From Octopus vulgaris (taxonomy: Eukaryota), in assembly GCA_951406725.2 (NCBI GenBank), contig OX597831.1, positions 72,602,001 through 72,666,000 of the forward strand: a stretch of DNA of 64,000 bases, written 5' to 3'. The notes beneath the pieces were generated by a model. It searched no databases. It was not told the origin of the DNA and saw only the letters and a program-made list of their open reading frames with translations. Shown here piece by piece: positions 11,381-25,876 of this stretch (position 1 is the first letter of the stretch; the number at the start of each line of letters is the position of its first letter). A program made the translations under genes and the position numbers.

Positions 11381-14300
11381 GAGAGAGTATATATATTATA
11401 TAAATCATTTATGGAAATTAGTCTAAGCCATAAACATTGTATTCTTTTTGTGTATATGTCTGTGTCCTGTTGTTCAGGAAATATTGTAGAACTGCCATGC
11501 TGATGATGTTTAATAAGGCAGAAACATGTCCACACCCACCCTCTTGTCTCCAGACTATCACACAGTCTTTTCCTTAATGGTAAGTTGGTTTTGGATGATT
11601 CTTGACTCTCGGGATTATCTTCCCTTCCCATTTGGTTCTGGTCTCAGTTGCCATCAGGTAATTGTTCTACCTTCTCTGAAACTGGAGGTAATTTCAACAA
11701 ATCAAGAATCTATGATGTCCATTACCTAATATATCCTTATTCCTCTTTGTTGTTCAAATATATTCCACTGGTCCCTCTGAATTGTTTCTCCCTTTAAGTT
11801 CCACTTATTTTTAAAGACTGGCACTCGGTCAGTTACGGCAACTAAAGTTCCAGTCGATCACATCAATAGAACAGCCTGCTTGCAAAGTTAAAATACAAGT
11901 GGCTGAGTGCTCCACAGACATGTCCTCTTAACATGTTTCACAGTGAGATTCAGCATGACACAGAATGTGATAAGGTTGGCCTCATTGAATTACAAGTACA
12001 ACTCACTTTCACCAGCTGAGTGGACTGGAGCAAAGTGAACTAAAGTGTCTTACTGAAGGACCCAATGCATCACTGGGAACTGAACTCACAACCTAGAGCC
12101 AAATACCCTAACCACTGAGCCACGTTCCTTCACTAAGTTCCATGTAAACAAGGTTACTCAGACAGCAGCCTGTGTCTAAGATGGTGTCAGGATTCAAACA
12201 GAGAAGGCACAGGGCTGAAAGAGAAACAACACCTCTCACCCAACCGTTTCATCTTCCATCGACCAAGACTTATCAGCTTCACTCAACAGAGTGGAGGAGG
12301 AGAAGTTGACCTCAGTCAGACTTGAACTTGGGACCAAGACCTTTGGCATTATGTCGTACTTGAGAAGAAGATTCATCAAGCCAAGCAAAATCACAATCAT
12401 GGCAGATACCGGTGTCACACAAATTGGCACCCGTGCCAGTGGCACATAAATGCACCCCAATATCAAGCAAATGGCACCTGTGCCAGTGGCACGTAAAAGC
12501 ACACATTACACTCTCAGAGCGGTTGGCGTTAGAATGGGCATCCAGCCCTAGAAAACGATGCCAAATCAGACTGGAGCCATCCAACCCATGCCAGCATGAA
12601 CAACAGACGTTAAATGATGATGACAATGATGATGATTGCAGAAATCCAATTCCTAAAACATTCTAAAATCTCTACCAAATGAATACCATTTTTGTTTGTT
12701 GATTCTAAAATGGCTGAGGAATTGACCAAAATGGTTGAGCAGTGGATGAAAGAACTTGTTACACTGCAGATTTTCTTATGGAGGTGTGTGGCTTAGTGGT
12801 TAGGGGGTTAAGCTCACAATTGTAAAGCCAGGAGTTCAATTCCTGGCAGTGCCTTGTGTCCTTGAGCAAGGCACTCTATTTCCCTTTGCTCCGGTCCACT
12901 CAGCTGGCACTCAGATATACATCAGTCATCATCATTTAATGTCCATCTTCCATGCATGTACCTGTAATTCAAAGGGCCAGTCTTGTCATATTCTGTGTCA
13001 TGCTGAATCTCCCCAAGAACTACATTAAGGGTACGTGTGTCTGTGAAGTATTCAGCCACTTGCATGTTAATTTCACAAGCAGGCTGTTCCGTTGATTGGA
13101 TCAACTGGGACCCACATCGTCGTAACTGATTGAGAGCCAGTGTTGTCTGAGTTCATATCCTACCCAGAACAACAATTGCTTTTCATTCTCCCAGGGTAAA
13201 AATAACATAAAATAAGTACAAGTAGGCACGAATTAATGAACCAGAGCTAATTAGTGACTCTGTGACTAATTAGAAATCCTTTTTATTGATGTTATTAATT
13301 CTAGGATCTGTTTCTTAAGACCTGCTTTGCAATAGTGGTTTAGTGTGTGTGTGCGTATGTTGATGACTGTGTATGTGAGTGTGTGAATGAGGGTCAGTGC
13401 GTATGCAAGGAAAGGGGGAACGCTAGAGACTAAAGCCTCACCCCCTTTGGAGAGAGATTTCTGAGCTGTTTTTGGTTTAGTTGATTGCAGTATCATCATC
13501 CTCATCATCAAGGATGGTGATGGTGGTATCTACGGCTTTGTTTCTAACACTGCAAACTGAAAAAGGAACTTAGTTATACAGTGCTCCTGCTGCCTACAGC
13601 AGTGAGTTGTGGCCCTTCATGTGGTAACTGTTGACGATAGGTGTCTGCTGGGTTAAACAAGATAATCTGTAGACCAGGTTTTCTACACCCTTGAGATATA
13701 TATATATACTGTATACCATATACTAGATATAGAGACAACTACTTCTGGCTGCTTCCATGTTGTAAAACGAAAGTAGAGAGCGATTCACTTCTTTGTATTA
13801 TATCACATTTGGTGAATAACAGTTCCAGTAATGGTTTGCAAACACCAAGCCAATTACTGAGTCTCTGACACTGAGAATGACAAGGGATAGTCTATGCAAC
13901 TCGGTACGAAACAAACATCACACAGGGGAATTTTATTGAGAGCATAATTATTTTTTCTTCTACATCATTTACCAACAGACTTTGGCAAAGGACACATACA
14001 TTGTGTGTGTGTGTATACATCTGCAGTCAAGTTGAAAACCATTTTAGATAACTGCGCAAGAATGTAGCCCCTCTCATTGAGATCCATGATCAAATTTCAT
14101 TCCACATATCAAAAAAAAAAAAAAAAAAAATCAGAAACAAATTGGAGCAATCTAAGGGTCCATGGTTGTAGTAATCTAAAGATCCATGGTAGGAGATCCT
14201 AAAGGGATCTCACTTGCAACTCCTTTATGCTTTTAGAAGCCTGCTCTTGTTAACCACGAGAGAGACCACATACTGGAAGACAAGCACAAGATGTCTGTGT

Positions 14301-15784
14301 GCATATAGGTCCACCAACTGCATTATGTCCCTGCTGTTCTTTTATACTTGTGTGCATCAGTAAAGTATTATTGGGTTGGAATCCAGTTTTTATGAATGCA
14401 CAGAGAGCAACCCTTGTTGTTGATGTCCTTGATAAAAGTTTTTGCTAAATTTGTTAAAAATCATTCCAGACCAAGTCAGAGTTTCAGTTGTCGTTTAAGG
14501 GCCCTTGGTAGAGAAGCTCCACAAACCTGATTTAGATAAATGACCACAATAATAAAGTAGTGGAGCTTGAAACTGAGTTAATGATCAATGAGGCTGTGGG
14601 GTTAAAAAGTTTACTTCCCATACTCATGGCCGTGGGTTCAGTCCCATTGCATAGCACCTTGGGCAAGTACCTTCTACTATAGTTTCGGAGTGAATCAACA
14701 CATTTTGAGTGAATTTGGTAGATGGAAACTGAAAGAAGCCCATCATGTATGTATGTATGTGAGTATATACATGTATGTAGATGTGGTGGTGTGTATGTGT
14801 CTCTGAGTCTTGGTATTGCATGATAGTTATAAATGAGCACCCCCATCATACAACTGTGTCATTTGTTTCTAGTTTTCTGTCAAAACATGGCCTTTGATTG
14901 GAAACAGACAAGGGTTGGTGACAGGAAGAGCATCCAGCTATAGAAACATTTGCCTCAACACATCCCATCTTAACCAATCCAAGCACAGAAAAGTGGACAT
15001 TGAAGGATGATATCTACGATGGACCTCCACAGCTTCTGTCCACCAAATTCAATTCACTAAGCACTAGTCAACCTGAATCTAAAGAAGCAGATCTTGTCCA
15101 AGGTACCATGCAGTGAGATTGAACTCAAATCCACTTGGTTGTGAGGTAAACTTCATTACATGGCCATACCTTTGTTCCATTCTAGGTGTGTTCCCATCTC
15201 CCTGCTTCCCACACTTGCTGGCAATGTCTGTGGACCTGTGTCAGAACTGAAGAAATTTTAATTGGATGACATGGAAGACACATCATCATCATCGTCGTTT
15301 AGCGTCCGCTTTCCATGCTGGCATGGGTGCAACTGGGGTCTGGGAAACCAGAAGGCTGCACCAGACCCAGTCTGATCAGGCAATGTTTCTATGGCTGGAT
15401 GCCCTTCCTAACGCCAACCACTCCATGAGTGTAGTGGGTGCTTTTTACATGCCACCGGCACAGGTGCCAGACGAGACTGGTAAATGGCTACAATCGGATG
15501 GTGCTTTTTACGTGCCACCGGCACGGAGGCCAGACAAGGCTGGCAACGGCCACAATCGGATGGTGCTTTTTACGTGCCACCTGCACGGAAGCCAGTCGGG
15601 GTGGCGCTGGCAACAGCCATATTCGGATGGTTCTCTTATGTGCCACCGGCACTGGTATCACAGCTGCAATTTCCAGTGAACACAGTGAACAGTAATTATG
15701 TAGAGGTTAATGAGTGCAACAGCTGAAAACGTGAGTATGGTGGTGGTGGGGGAGATGGGGATGTTTGTGCAACCAGCAACTTAC

Positions 15785-15876
15785 CCACCCGTAACCTCAG
15801 TGGTGGACGGTTGATGCTGTTGTTGTTGTTGTTGGTTGTTGTTGTCACTTTCTCGGCACCAACATGAAGAGAGATT
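15785..15876 (-). CDS. Candidate exon of a second gene (NLSSCWCRESDNNNQQQQQQHQPSTTEVTG)
   Basis: TTTCAG acceptor and GG|GTAAGT donor bracket a 92-bp open segment in unique sequence. Confidence 0.35.
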
Positions 15877-16028
15877 CTGAAACTGGTAAATTGATGATTA
15901 TAAGCAACAGTCTTATAACTGAGGCTGAGGGTCAAGTGGATGTAAGTCTGTGTTGTAAATGAAATTACTGAATAGAATGAGGTGTGTGTGTGTGTATGTG
16001 TGTGCTTGTGGATATGTGTATGTTTATG

Positions 16029-16246
16029 TAGGGGTGCTGAAAAGTTCCTGTCTTTGGGTAAAAGAAAATAGAGGAGGATCAGTTAATTATGATTTTACTC
16101 AACATATTCCCCTCTCAGACTCCTGCACTTATTGCAGAAGTCATTCAGTTTTTTTTAAGTCCTGTAAAAGAACTTGGAAGGTTGGACCTCCAATCAGGCC
16201 TTTCGCAATACTCTTAAAACCAGGAACCTTTCAGCAGCCCTTCGCA
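16029..16246. mobile_element. Tc1/mariner-type MITE, same family as 2585-2805
   Basis: Colinear sequence and the same TIRs. Confidence 0.75.
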
Positions 16247-17258
16247 TATGTGTGTATATATATGTGCGTATATATGTATACACATAAACACACTAACACA
16301 GCCAACTCATCTACATCACATGGTCTGGTGATTTTACTCCCCAGCCACCTATCCCACAGGTTAACATTACTTCAGATTCATTTCTCCCCACAGATCTCCC
16401 ACATTCAATGCTACATGTTTCATCACCATGTGGCATTGCAACTGACATCACCTGTTACTTTTAAAAGCCCATCCACTCCCTCAGCTCATAGACCCTCTCC
16501 CTTCCACACCAACTTTCACACAAATCCTGTCCCCTTTCATTCCACTCTAATTTTCACAGATCTTCCACCACACTCACTGCCCACGTCTCACTTTAACGTG
16601 TTTTACAGTCTGAGATTTTCAGAGAGAGAGAGAGAGAAAACTTTTGCCATTAATATGTGCATGCATGGCTGTGTGATAAGAAGCTTACTTCCTAACCACA
16701 TGGTTCCAGGTTCAGTCCTACTGTGTGGCATCTTAGGCAAGTTTCTTCTACTAAGGTCTTAGGCCAATCAAAGCCTTGTGAGTGAATTTGCTTGGCAGAA
16801 ACTGAAACAAGCCTGCCGTATCTATATGTGTGTGTTTGTCCCCCCACCATCGCTTGACAACCGGTGTTGGTGTGTTTACGTCCCAGTAACCAAGTGGTTC
16901 AACAAAAGTGACTGATAGGCTTAATACCAGGCTTAAAAAACAATGTACTGCGGTTGATTTATTCGACTAAAAAATTCTTCAAGGCAGTGCTTCAGCATGG
17001 TCGCAGTCTAATGGCTGAAACAAGTAAAAGAGTAAAGGGTCAGAGGTAACAGCTACTTCACCTTTGACCCCTCTTATTCCAGCTACAACATTCTCATTAT
17101 AACAAATATCTACACTAATTACATCACCATGGTTACAGCAATTATCACCTGTATCAAAAGAGCCAGGTGTGTAGCTGAACATCATTTCATGTCTGATACG
17201 GGTGTTAGCTTTTTTATCTATCACATTTGAGGTCTTGGTATCCTCTGTCAGTCTATGA

Positions 17259-18106
17259 CACTGTTTCTCAACCTTTTTACCCTTGCATACCCTTAAAATA
17301 AATTACATGTCTCATGGAACCCCTGCACAAAAGAATATACACACACACATATATATGGTTGTTGTATTTTTTTGATAACATAACAGGTTAGATAGGATGA
17401 TGTCTATATTACAATACTACAATAGGCGCAGGAGTAGCTGTGTGGTAAGTAGCTTGCTAACCAACCACATGGTTCCGGGTTCAATCCCACTGCGTGGCAT
17501 CTTGGGCAAGTGTCTTCTGCTATAGCCCCGGGCCGACCAATGCCTTGTGAGTGGATTTGGTAGACGGAAACTGAAAGAAGCCTGTCGTATAGATGTATAT
17601 ATATATATATATCATCATCATCATCATTTAGCGTCCGTTTTCCATGCTAGCATGGGTTGGACAGTTCAACTGGGGTCTGTGAAGCCAGAAGGCTGCATCA
17701 GGCCCAGTCTGATCTGGCAGTGTTTCTATGGCTGGATGCCCTTCCTAACATATATATATATATGTGTGTGTATTTGTGTTTGTTCCCCTGGCATTGCTTG
17801 ACAACCGATGCTGGTGTGTTTATGTCCCCATCACTTAGCGGTTCGGCGAAAAGAGACCGATAGAATAAGTACTGGGCTTACAAAGAAGAAGTCCCAGGGT
17901 CGAGTTGCTCGACTAAAGACGGTGCTCCAGCATGGCCGCAGTCAAATGACTGAAACAAGTAAAAGAGTAAACCGATAATATGTTGTGCATTTATAGTAAT
18001 ATTACGATCATGAAATTAGAATTAGCTTATCTCACTCTTTCTTGCAGAACGCCTAGGAACCTTTTGCAGAACCCTAGGGTTCCAGGAAACCCCAGTTGAG
18101 AAATGC
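17259..18106. mobile_element. hAT-type MITE with nested SINEs
   Basis: CACTGTTTCTCAAC / GTTGAGAAATGC ends; TCTATGA repeated on both flanks. Confidence 0.55.
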
Positions 18107-18334
18107 TCTATGAGGTACTCCAAAGAGTCTACTGTTGTATACTCTTGTGCCTCTTGCACATCTAAAGTCTTGGTACTTTGTTGTTACCTAGAGATTCTAT
18201 TGCCTTTTAGGAGTTCTTGGACTGAGTACACAATTTCAAGCACCTAACTTACTCCTTGCATAGTGCAACTCAGTGAGATTTTATGAAACATACACACGCA
18301 TAAATGTGTGCATGTGCGAGAATGAATATATCTA

Positions 18335-18588
18335 TATTGGATTGGTGCATAATTATTGCGGCTTTTTCTCAACAAATTTTATTCAACAAAAACAATAACA
18401 ATATCTAAAAAAAACATCTTTAAATGACGGTCTGACCGTCTGCCAAGCAAATGGGAGGCAGTCATTGAAGTAAATGGTGAATATGCTCCAGAATAATCAT
18501 TTAAAGGTGTTTTTGTTACATGTTGTTATTGTTTTTGTTGAATAAAATTTGTTGAAAAAGGCCACAATAATTATGCACCAACCCAATA
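18335..18588 (+). mobile_element. Mariner-derived MITE with long TIRs
   Basis: TA-flanked TIRs of about 90 bp starting TTGG(A/G)TTGGTGCATAATTATTG; the centre encodes a mariner C-terminus-like DRLPSKWEAVIEVNGEY. Confidence 0.85.
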
Positions 18589-18939
18589 TATATATATATA
18601 TATATATACACAATATACAAAAAGTGTGAAATATAATTTAATAAAATTAATAAATTTCACCTAGTAGTTTTTTCGGTATGGAACAGACCATATTTGGTAA
18701 GAATTATATTAATTATAATAAAGGGTTAATTGCAACAAGTTGCTCAAAACCACATACCGAAAATATTAGAAATAGCAGCCAAATAGATCACTATTTCTAC
18801 TACTAGTAAAAAAGTCTCCACAAACAAACAGAATTTACAACCCATATATGGTAAAGAGAAAGAAAATAACGAAATCCCAGCCTATTGGATTAATTATAGA
18901 CGAAATCTTTTCTGGATTAGAACCAAAAGTTCATTTCCT

Positions 18940-18969
<30 letters not shown>

Positions 18970-18975
<6 letters not shown>

Positions 18976-19287
18976 ATAAAGGATTGTAGGTAAGGCCAAA
19001 ACAATGCAAAGTAAGTGCAAGGTAAATTACAAGAAAACAAAAATGTGAATTAATGTAGACTTACCTTGCATTCAATATTTCAGGGTTATGACCTCATCTT
19101 CAAGAAAATAAGCAAACATTACCAAATTTCTTGAAAATGAGGTCATAACCCTGAAATATTGAATGCAAAGTAAGTCTACATCAATTCACATTTTTGCTTT
19201 CTTGTGATTTACCTTGCATTTACTTCGCATTGTTTTGTGTGATCTTGAGTTGTTTTGGCCTTACCTACAATCTTTTATACAATATAT
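18970..19287. repeat. Foldback element with arms of about 135-155 bp, each containing a decayed hammerhead-like motif
   Basis: 18970-19107 is the reverse complement of 19127-19287 with one indel. Arm motif: TTC-TTGAAGA-TGAGG(tcataa)CCCT-GAAAT-ATT-GAA. Confidence 0.8.
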
Positions 19288-19330
19288 TCTACACAATGCT
19301 TCACAGTAATTATTCCATTATAATATATCT

Positions 19331-19362
<32 letters not shown>

Positions 19363-20207
19363 CCTTTTATTCTTTTCTTTTATCTGTTTCGGTATTTGAC
19401 TGCAGCCATGCTGGAGCACTGCCTTTAGTCAAAGAAATCAACCCAGGACTTATTCTTTGTAAGACTAGTACTTATTTTATCAGTCGCTTTTACCAAACCA
19501 CAAAGTTACACGGGATGTAAACACACCAACATTGGTTGTCAAGAAATAGTGGGGACACACGCACACACATATATATATGGCACGCTTCTTTCTGTTACCA
19601 TCTATGAAATCCACTCACAAGGCTTTGGTTGGCCTGAGGCTATAGTAGAGGACACTTGCCCAAGGTGCCACACAGTGGGACTGAACCTGGAACTGTGTGG
19701 TAGGGAAGCAAGCTTCTTACCCCATAGCCATGCCAGCACCTATGTATGCACACACACACACACAGATAAAATTGAAGGTACAACAATTGGTGGTAGGCTG
19801 TTGCCCTGATGAGTGCAAGGTTGTAGTTTCGATTCCCAGACCAGCAGAACATTGCGTTCTTGAGCAAAACACTTCATGTTGCTCCAGTCCACTTGGCTGC
19901 AACTGGATAACCCTGTCACAGACTGGCATTCTGCTCAAGGGGAGACGGTAGCCCACCTTCTGAGCCAGTGGGGTGTGGAATCACTGGAAAACAACAAAAG
20001 TGTGGTCTGGTGGTCGAGACAGTGACACAGTTGATAAAATCATAGGGAGGGAGGTGGTAAGGGGGAAAAGCAAGGATAAATGGAAAAAAGAAAAAAACAA
20101 GTAAAAAAACTAATAATAATAATAATAATAAAAAACTCAGGCACAATCAAAAGAGCTTATTAGTAGACCAGATGCAAACAGGGAAGATGATTTAACTTCA
20201 TGCTTAC

Positions 20208-20264
20208 TATAAGGAATGGTAAATTGGGGTAGTGGTGGTGGTGGTGGTGGTATATGGTTGGCAT
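20208..20264 (-). CDS. Candidate 5' exon segment of a second gene (MPTIYHHHHHHYPNLPFLI), or UTR exon
   Basis: ATG at 20264, ATA|GTAAGC donor, unique sequence up to about 20650; phase-compatible with 15785-15876. No homology recognised. Confidence 0.25.
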
Positions 20265-20730
20265 GGAGATAAAAGCAGCAAGTTATGGCACAAAATACTA
20301 GTTTCTGTTACTGGAAATACTGGAGGAAGTTGGCATGGAATCAGGGATTTCTCTTTGAAGACATTGCAAAGCATTCTAAGGAAGAAAATCACCATGCAAA
20401 AAAATGGCAAAAACAAAGGAAAAGATTGTTTGTTGCTGATGGTGTTGTTGTGGAAATGATGGTTTGTGGTTTCTAAGGAAATTCCGTGAAACATGTAAAA
20501 GTGGCAGTTTCTAATTTCTTCTTTTGTTGTTGTTGTTTTCTAAATATTTCTCTTCGTTTTTATTGAAATAGAGAATCATTTTCCGTTGATTTCAGTTTGT
20601 TTCAAAGGTGAAATGTTATTGTGTCAATTACTCCAAACACACACACGCGCACAGTAGTGTAGTAACGATTATAGCTAATACAAGAGAGTATGCAATGTGT
20701 GTGTGTGTGTATGTATATATATATATGTAT

Positions 20731-20779
<49 letters not shown>

Positions 20780-20956
20780 CATATATATATATACACTTTT
20801 TTATTGAATCTGCAAAAACATCCAAAACCGGCTGACAAATGGAAACATGAAACTCTGAGTAACAGTTTTGTGATGTCTTTGCAGCTTTAATGAAAAAGCA
20901 TATTACTCTACCTTTAGTATTTGAGTACTATTTTTTCCACCTTATTTTATATTTCT

Positions 20957-20994
<38 letters not shown>

Positions 20995-21342
20995 ATTTTA
21001 TATTCCTCAGGTGTATATATATATGGAGAAGACAAGTTGTCAAAATATTTAAGAGAATTTTATTCAAACAACTTTTCTCAATTTTTAATTAAACTGTTGA
21101 GCTTTATGGGACTTCTTTCCATAAATTCACCACACATCATATACAAGTACTACTTTCATATCTTCAGAAATTTATGCCTGTAAACTACCACCAAAATATG
21201 AAGAATCAACGTTAGAAATCTTTTTTGGAAACCTCCAAAGTAAAGGATGAATCTACATTCAACCTTTTTACACTTAAAAATATATATATATATATACACA
21301 CACACATGCACACACACACACACACACGTATATATGTATGCG

Positions 21343-21387
<45 letters not shown>

Positions 21388-23158
21388 GATTTACATGCTC
21401 CTATACATATACACACACCTACATCTATACATGTATATACACACAGTTTACAGTAGATGAGGCATTTGAATCCTACATGCAATGATGCAACTAATATACA
21501 CACACACATATATAAAATACTTGGACATTTACAAACATTAATTCCATAAGAACTCCTTTATTTTCTCTTCCCCCACCTATAACAAGAGATCCCCTCTGCG
21601 GTCGACTGACCTGCTAGACACAGCAGACAGATCATACTTAATCATCTAAAAAAACAAAACAAAAAAAACAATAAAACACATTAGATAATGGATATTTTAC
21701 AACTGAAGACCAAAAGTCAAGATGGTCATAGATGGAATGGCAGTGGGATCATAGGTCTACCTCATCAGAGCTAACCCCAGGCTAAACAACAGTAACAAAT
21801 TAAATTATTGATTGCTTGTATTTCCCTATCAGTACAGCCCTGCTTTTAACAGCATTTTGCTGGCTCTTCTACCATAATTTTAATTGGCACCATGAGGAGG
21901 AGAAGAGAGGAGAGACAGACAGCTGACAGCAACAACAAGTGTTTCATTATCTCAAACACTCATGGTGGCAAGCAGGCAGAACCATTAGCATGCTGTCTTC
22001 CCATTCTGAGTTCAAATTCCACTGAGGTCGACTTTACCTTTTATCCTTTCGGGGGTGATAAATTAAGTACCAGTTGTGTACTGGGGTCGATCTAATCGAC
22101 TGGCCCACTCCCCCAAATTTCAGGAGTTGTGCCTAGAGCAGAAATAATTATCTCAAACACTCGATGGTGTGTCCAGTTAAAGTGTGTCTTGTTTGCAATT
22201 CCATGGTTTTTGGTTCATGTTCCAACATGACCACAGTCTGGCTGAAACACATAAAAGATATACACACACACACACACACACAAACCTCTTCACCACATGG
22301 CTACAATAATGAAACATGTCTCTTTTATAGCTGCTTTCTCTCTTCACCAATCCACAGTTGTTTAAACAAGTCACATCTTCATCATCATTATTCTTTTTCA
22401 CATCCACTTTTCGATGCCTTCATGGGTCAACGTATTGAATCAGATGATTTTCTATGGCTGGATGCTCTTCCTGCTGCCAATCCTCATCTCTTTCCAATCA
22501 AGGCAGTATCTCTCCAAGGCCAGACATGTTTTCATGGAAGATTGGTAACTGTGACACTCATTCACAACTATTACACAATATCAAGACAAGGAGAGACAAA
22601 CACACACACATGCGTGTACACTCACATATAACTGGTACTCTATCAGTGACAACGATGAATGTTTCGGTTGATCTGGTCAACGGAACAGCCTGCTTGTGAA
22701 ATTAATGTGCAAGTGGTCGAGTACTCCACAAATGTGTGTACCCTTCATGCGGTTCTCAGTGAGATTCAACACGGCACAGAATGTAACAAGGTTGGGCTTC
22801 TGAAATACAGGTGTTACACATTTTTGGTAGCTGAGCAGACTGGAACAACAAGAAATGAAGTGTCTTGCTCAAGGATACAGCACACGCATACATACATACA
22901 TACATACAGGTATGCAATCCTTTATCCAGAACCTTTGGGAACAGTTGTGTTCTGAATTTTGGATTTTTTCAGATTTCAGAACAAAAGCCAGCTACACCAG
23001 ATTGTAAACTAGACATCAAAACAAACATCCTACTACGATAACAAGCAGATGCAATACATACTCACATACACACGTACTCACATGCATACATACTCACAAT
23101 CAGTGGGGAAAATAAATATTCATAGATTGATATACTAGTAAATGAAATAGTGAGATAA

Positions 23159-24238
23159 TTAACCCTTTTTGTTACCAACCTGGCTGAAACCAGCTCTGGC
23201 TCTGTAGTACAAATATCTTGTTTTCATAAGTTTTGAATTAAAATCTTCCACCAAACCTTAGTCACAATTTATGTTCCTAACACTAGCTGAACGATAACTA
23301 AGTTATTCAACTAAATTCTTTGTTATATTTAAAGCAATTGAATCACAGCATCTCAAAATAAATACAGCAAAGAAAGGGTTAAGATCACAAATAACAAAAT
23401 ACATATATTAAGATAATTTAAAACAAGAATCCACGATCCAAAAGTACAGGTATACACATTACCATAATATTTGTGTAGATAGATGCATAAGTATTTGCAC
23501 TAATTTGAATAAAGAAAGACTACAAATGGTATTATAGTTTATTTATATGCGAGAGCCAAAAATTGGTTCAAACTAGGCTAAATGTAAAGTTGCAGTTAAG
23601 TTGTAGAACAGGGTTTGTCAGTGTCACCAATGTCATCATCAGGCAAACCTCTGAGGATGGGGGCCAGGAATGGGATTCTCAAGTGATGAAGTAGCACTAT
23701 GAGAGAGGACATTTTTTTAAAGACTTCTTCAAGATTCATCTGTCTCATTAGCACAGATTTCTGTCTAAGAAATGTCTCCTTAACCCTTTCATTACAGTAT
23801 AAATTTTGAGATGATCTGTTTTTCTTTCAATTACTTTAAATATAATAAAGAATTTAGTAAAGTAACTTAGTTATCATCCAGCTAGTGTTAGGAACATAAA
23901 TTGTGACTAAGGTTTGGTGGAAGATTTTAATTCAAAACTTATGAAAACAAAACATTTGTACTACAGAGCCAGATTGGTATCAAAAGGGTTAAGAATATCA
24001 TGGTAACTTTGACCCTTTTGGTACCATATTTCTTTTGGGATGCTCAGTGTTTCTTTCAATTGATTTTAAATGCAACAAAGAATTTAGTAAAATAACTTAG
24101 TTATCATTAAACTAGTGTTAGGAACATAAATTGTGACTAAGGTTTGGTGGAAGATTTTAATTCAAAACTTATGCAAACAAGACATGTGTACTCGGAGCCA
24201 GAGGCAGTTTCAGCTGGGTTGGTAACAAAAAGGGTTAA
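23159..24238. mobile_element. Cluster of three TTAA MITE copies inside the Tigger element
   Basis: 23159-23382, 23780-23992 and 24009-24238 share the body and CCCTTT/AAAGGG ends; the first is inverted relative to the other two. Confidence 0.8.
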
Positions 24239-25321
24239 TTGAATAAACTCCCATAATCTGTTGTTCACCGATAAATGCATGTTGTTCAAGACCAGCTATT
24301 AACTGATCACAAATTTTCACCTTATCATTTATAGCGATTTTTTTTCACCTGCATTCTCTATGGCCTCATCACTACTGTCTTCATATTTAACGCCATTTCA
24401 GCAATTTCTCCATCACTCCATACACCACAGCTGCATCTTTGCCAATTTCTAGCATTTCTTCCATGTCTGCTTCTTCTGGATCATTTATACTTCCGCATGA
24501 TAAACTTTTAGCGCAAGTTACGAGTTTTGATATCTTCTCATTAGTGTCACGAAACGCTCCAAATTCGTTATCTATAGGATTCTTTTCATCAAACATCGTT
24601 ATTGGCCAAACTCCATGCCAGCCATTAGTTACTGTTGGTGGCACGCTGTGCAGGTGGCACGTAAAAAGCACCCACTACACTCGTGGAGTGGTTGGCGTTA
24701 GGAAGGGCATCCAGCTGTAAAAACTCTGCCAGATCAGACTGGAGCCTGGTGCAGCCCCTGGCTTCCCAGACCCCAGTCGAACCGTCCAACCCGTGCTAGT
24801 GCGGAAAACGGACGTTAAACGATGATGATGATGATGATGATGATTCCAAGCATCCACAACAGCGAACTCTTTCAGATAGTCTTGCATTCTTGTTTGTTGA
24901 CCGCATCAAGGCACAACAGCTCATAAAATTATAGTTACTCTTAATGGAGCCTAAAATCCATTTTCATCAGATACGATCTTGGCAGATTCGTTTATGTAAA
25001 TTTCTGCAGAAGCTTTTTCACCACAGATTTTCAGATATTTTACACCATGACACTTCTTGAATTTCTGCGGCCAACCTTCTCTTAATATGGACACTCTCCT
25101 TCAATGTTACAATTCTTTATGATATATTCTAGCTTGTTTCATGACCAACAAACCAACCAATGGCATATGTTCCCTTCTCCATTCTCAAATCCATTCTATC
25201 ACCACACAGTCAAAATCTTCATTTTTTGCCCTATGTAGTGTTTTCCTATTTTTCATTAGTCTGTGTTCATCACTCTCCCTATAAAACTTCAGTAATCTGT
25301 CTTTCTGTTTCTTTGAGTCAT

Positions 25322-25730
25322 CATCATCATCATTGTTCGACCGTGGTCGAGACAATGGAATTTACCCTGCTACGCCAGGCTTCACGGTCCATCATGGCAT
25401 TACGGAGGTCCTGTTGCTGGATGCCTGTATCCCGGGAGATTACATCAGGGTAGGAGAGTGTGTGCCCTCTGGTATTGCGAGTAGATGGCTTCCAGAGGAG
25501 AAGAGTAGAAATTACCTCTTTTTCAGCTCTACAACAATGTCCAGCAAACTGGACTCTCCTACCTTTCACAAGAGATGACACAGGTGGTAGTTTCCCATAT
25601 ATTTGCATTTTGGTTGGATGGTGCTTCCACGAGAGATTTTGAGCTCTCATAAGGAGGCGAGTGTAGGTTCCATCCAACCGCCTCTCAAGCTTCTTTGATA
25701 ACGTCCAGGTTTCTGAGCCATAGAGTAGAA
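25322..25730 (-). mobile_element. 5'-truncated RTE-clade LINE 3' end
   Basis: ILLYGSETWTL...FAGHCCR...DREAWR is the RTE-type RT C-terminus; (GAT)n tail; TTGAGTCAT duplicated at 25313 and 25731. Confidence 0.85.
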
Positions 25731-25806
25731 TTGAGTCATACTGTGCTAGTTCCAACACCATATTCTTCAGTGAGTCACTGCACAGACACACTCTTCTCTC
25801 TCTCTT

Positions 25807-25876
<70 letters not shown>

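Noticed and set aside
11400-11780. Possible minus-strand LINE RT remnant (RQEGGCG-like)
   Set aside because: Only a short motif amid stop codons; not enough to annotate.
15959-16762. 267-aa ORF
   Set aside because: It runs through a microsatellite, a mariner MITE and a SINE, with no coherent domain.
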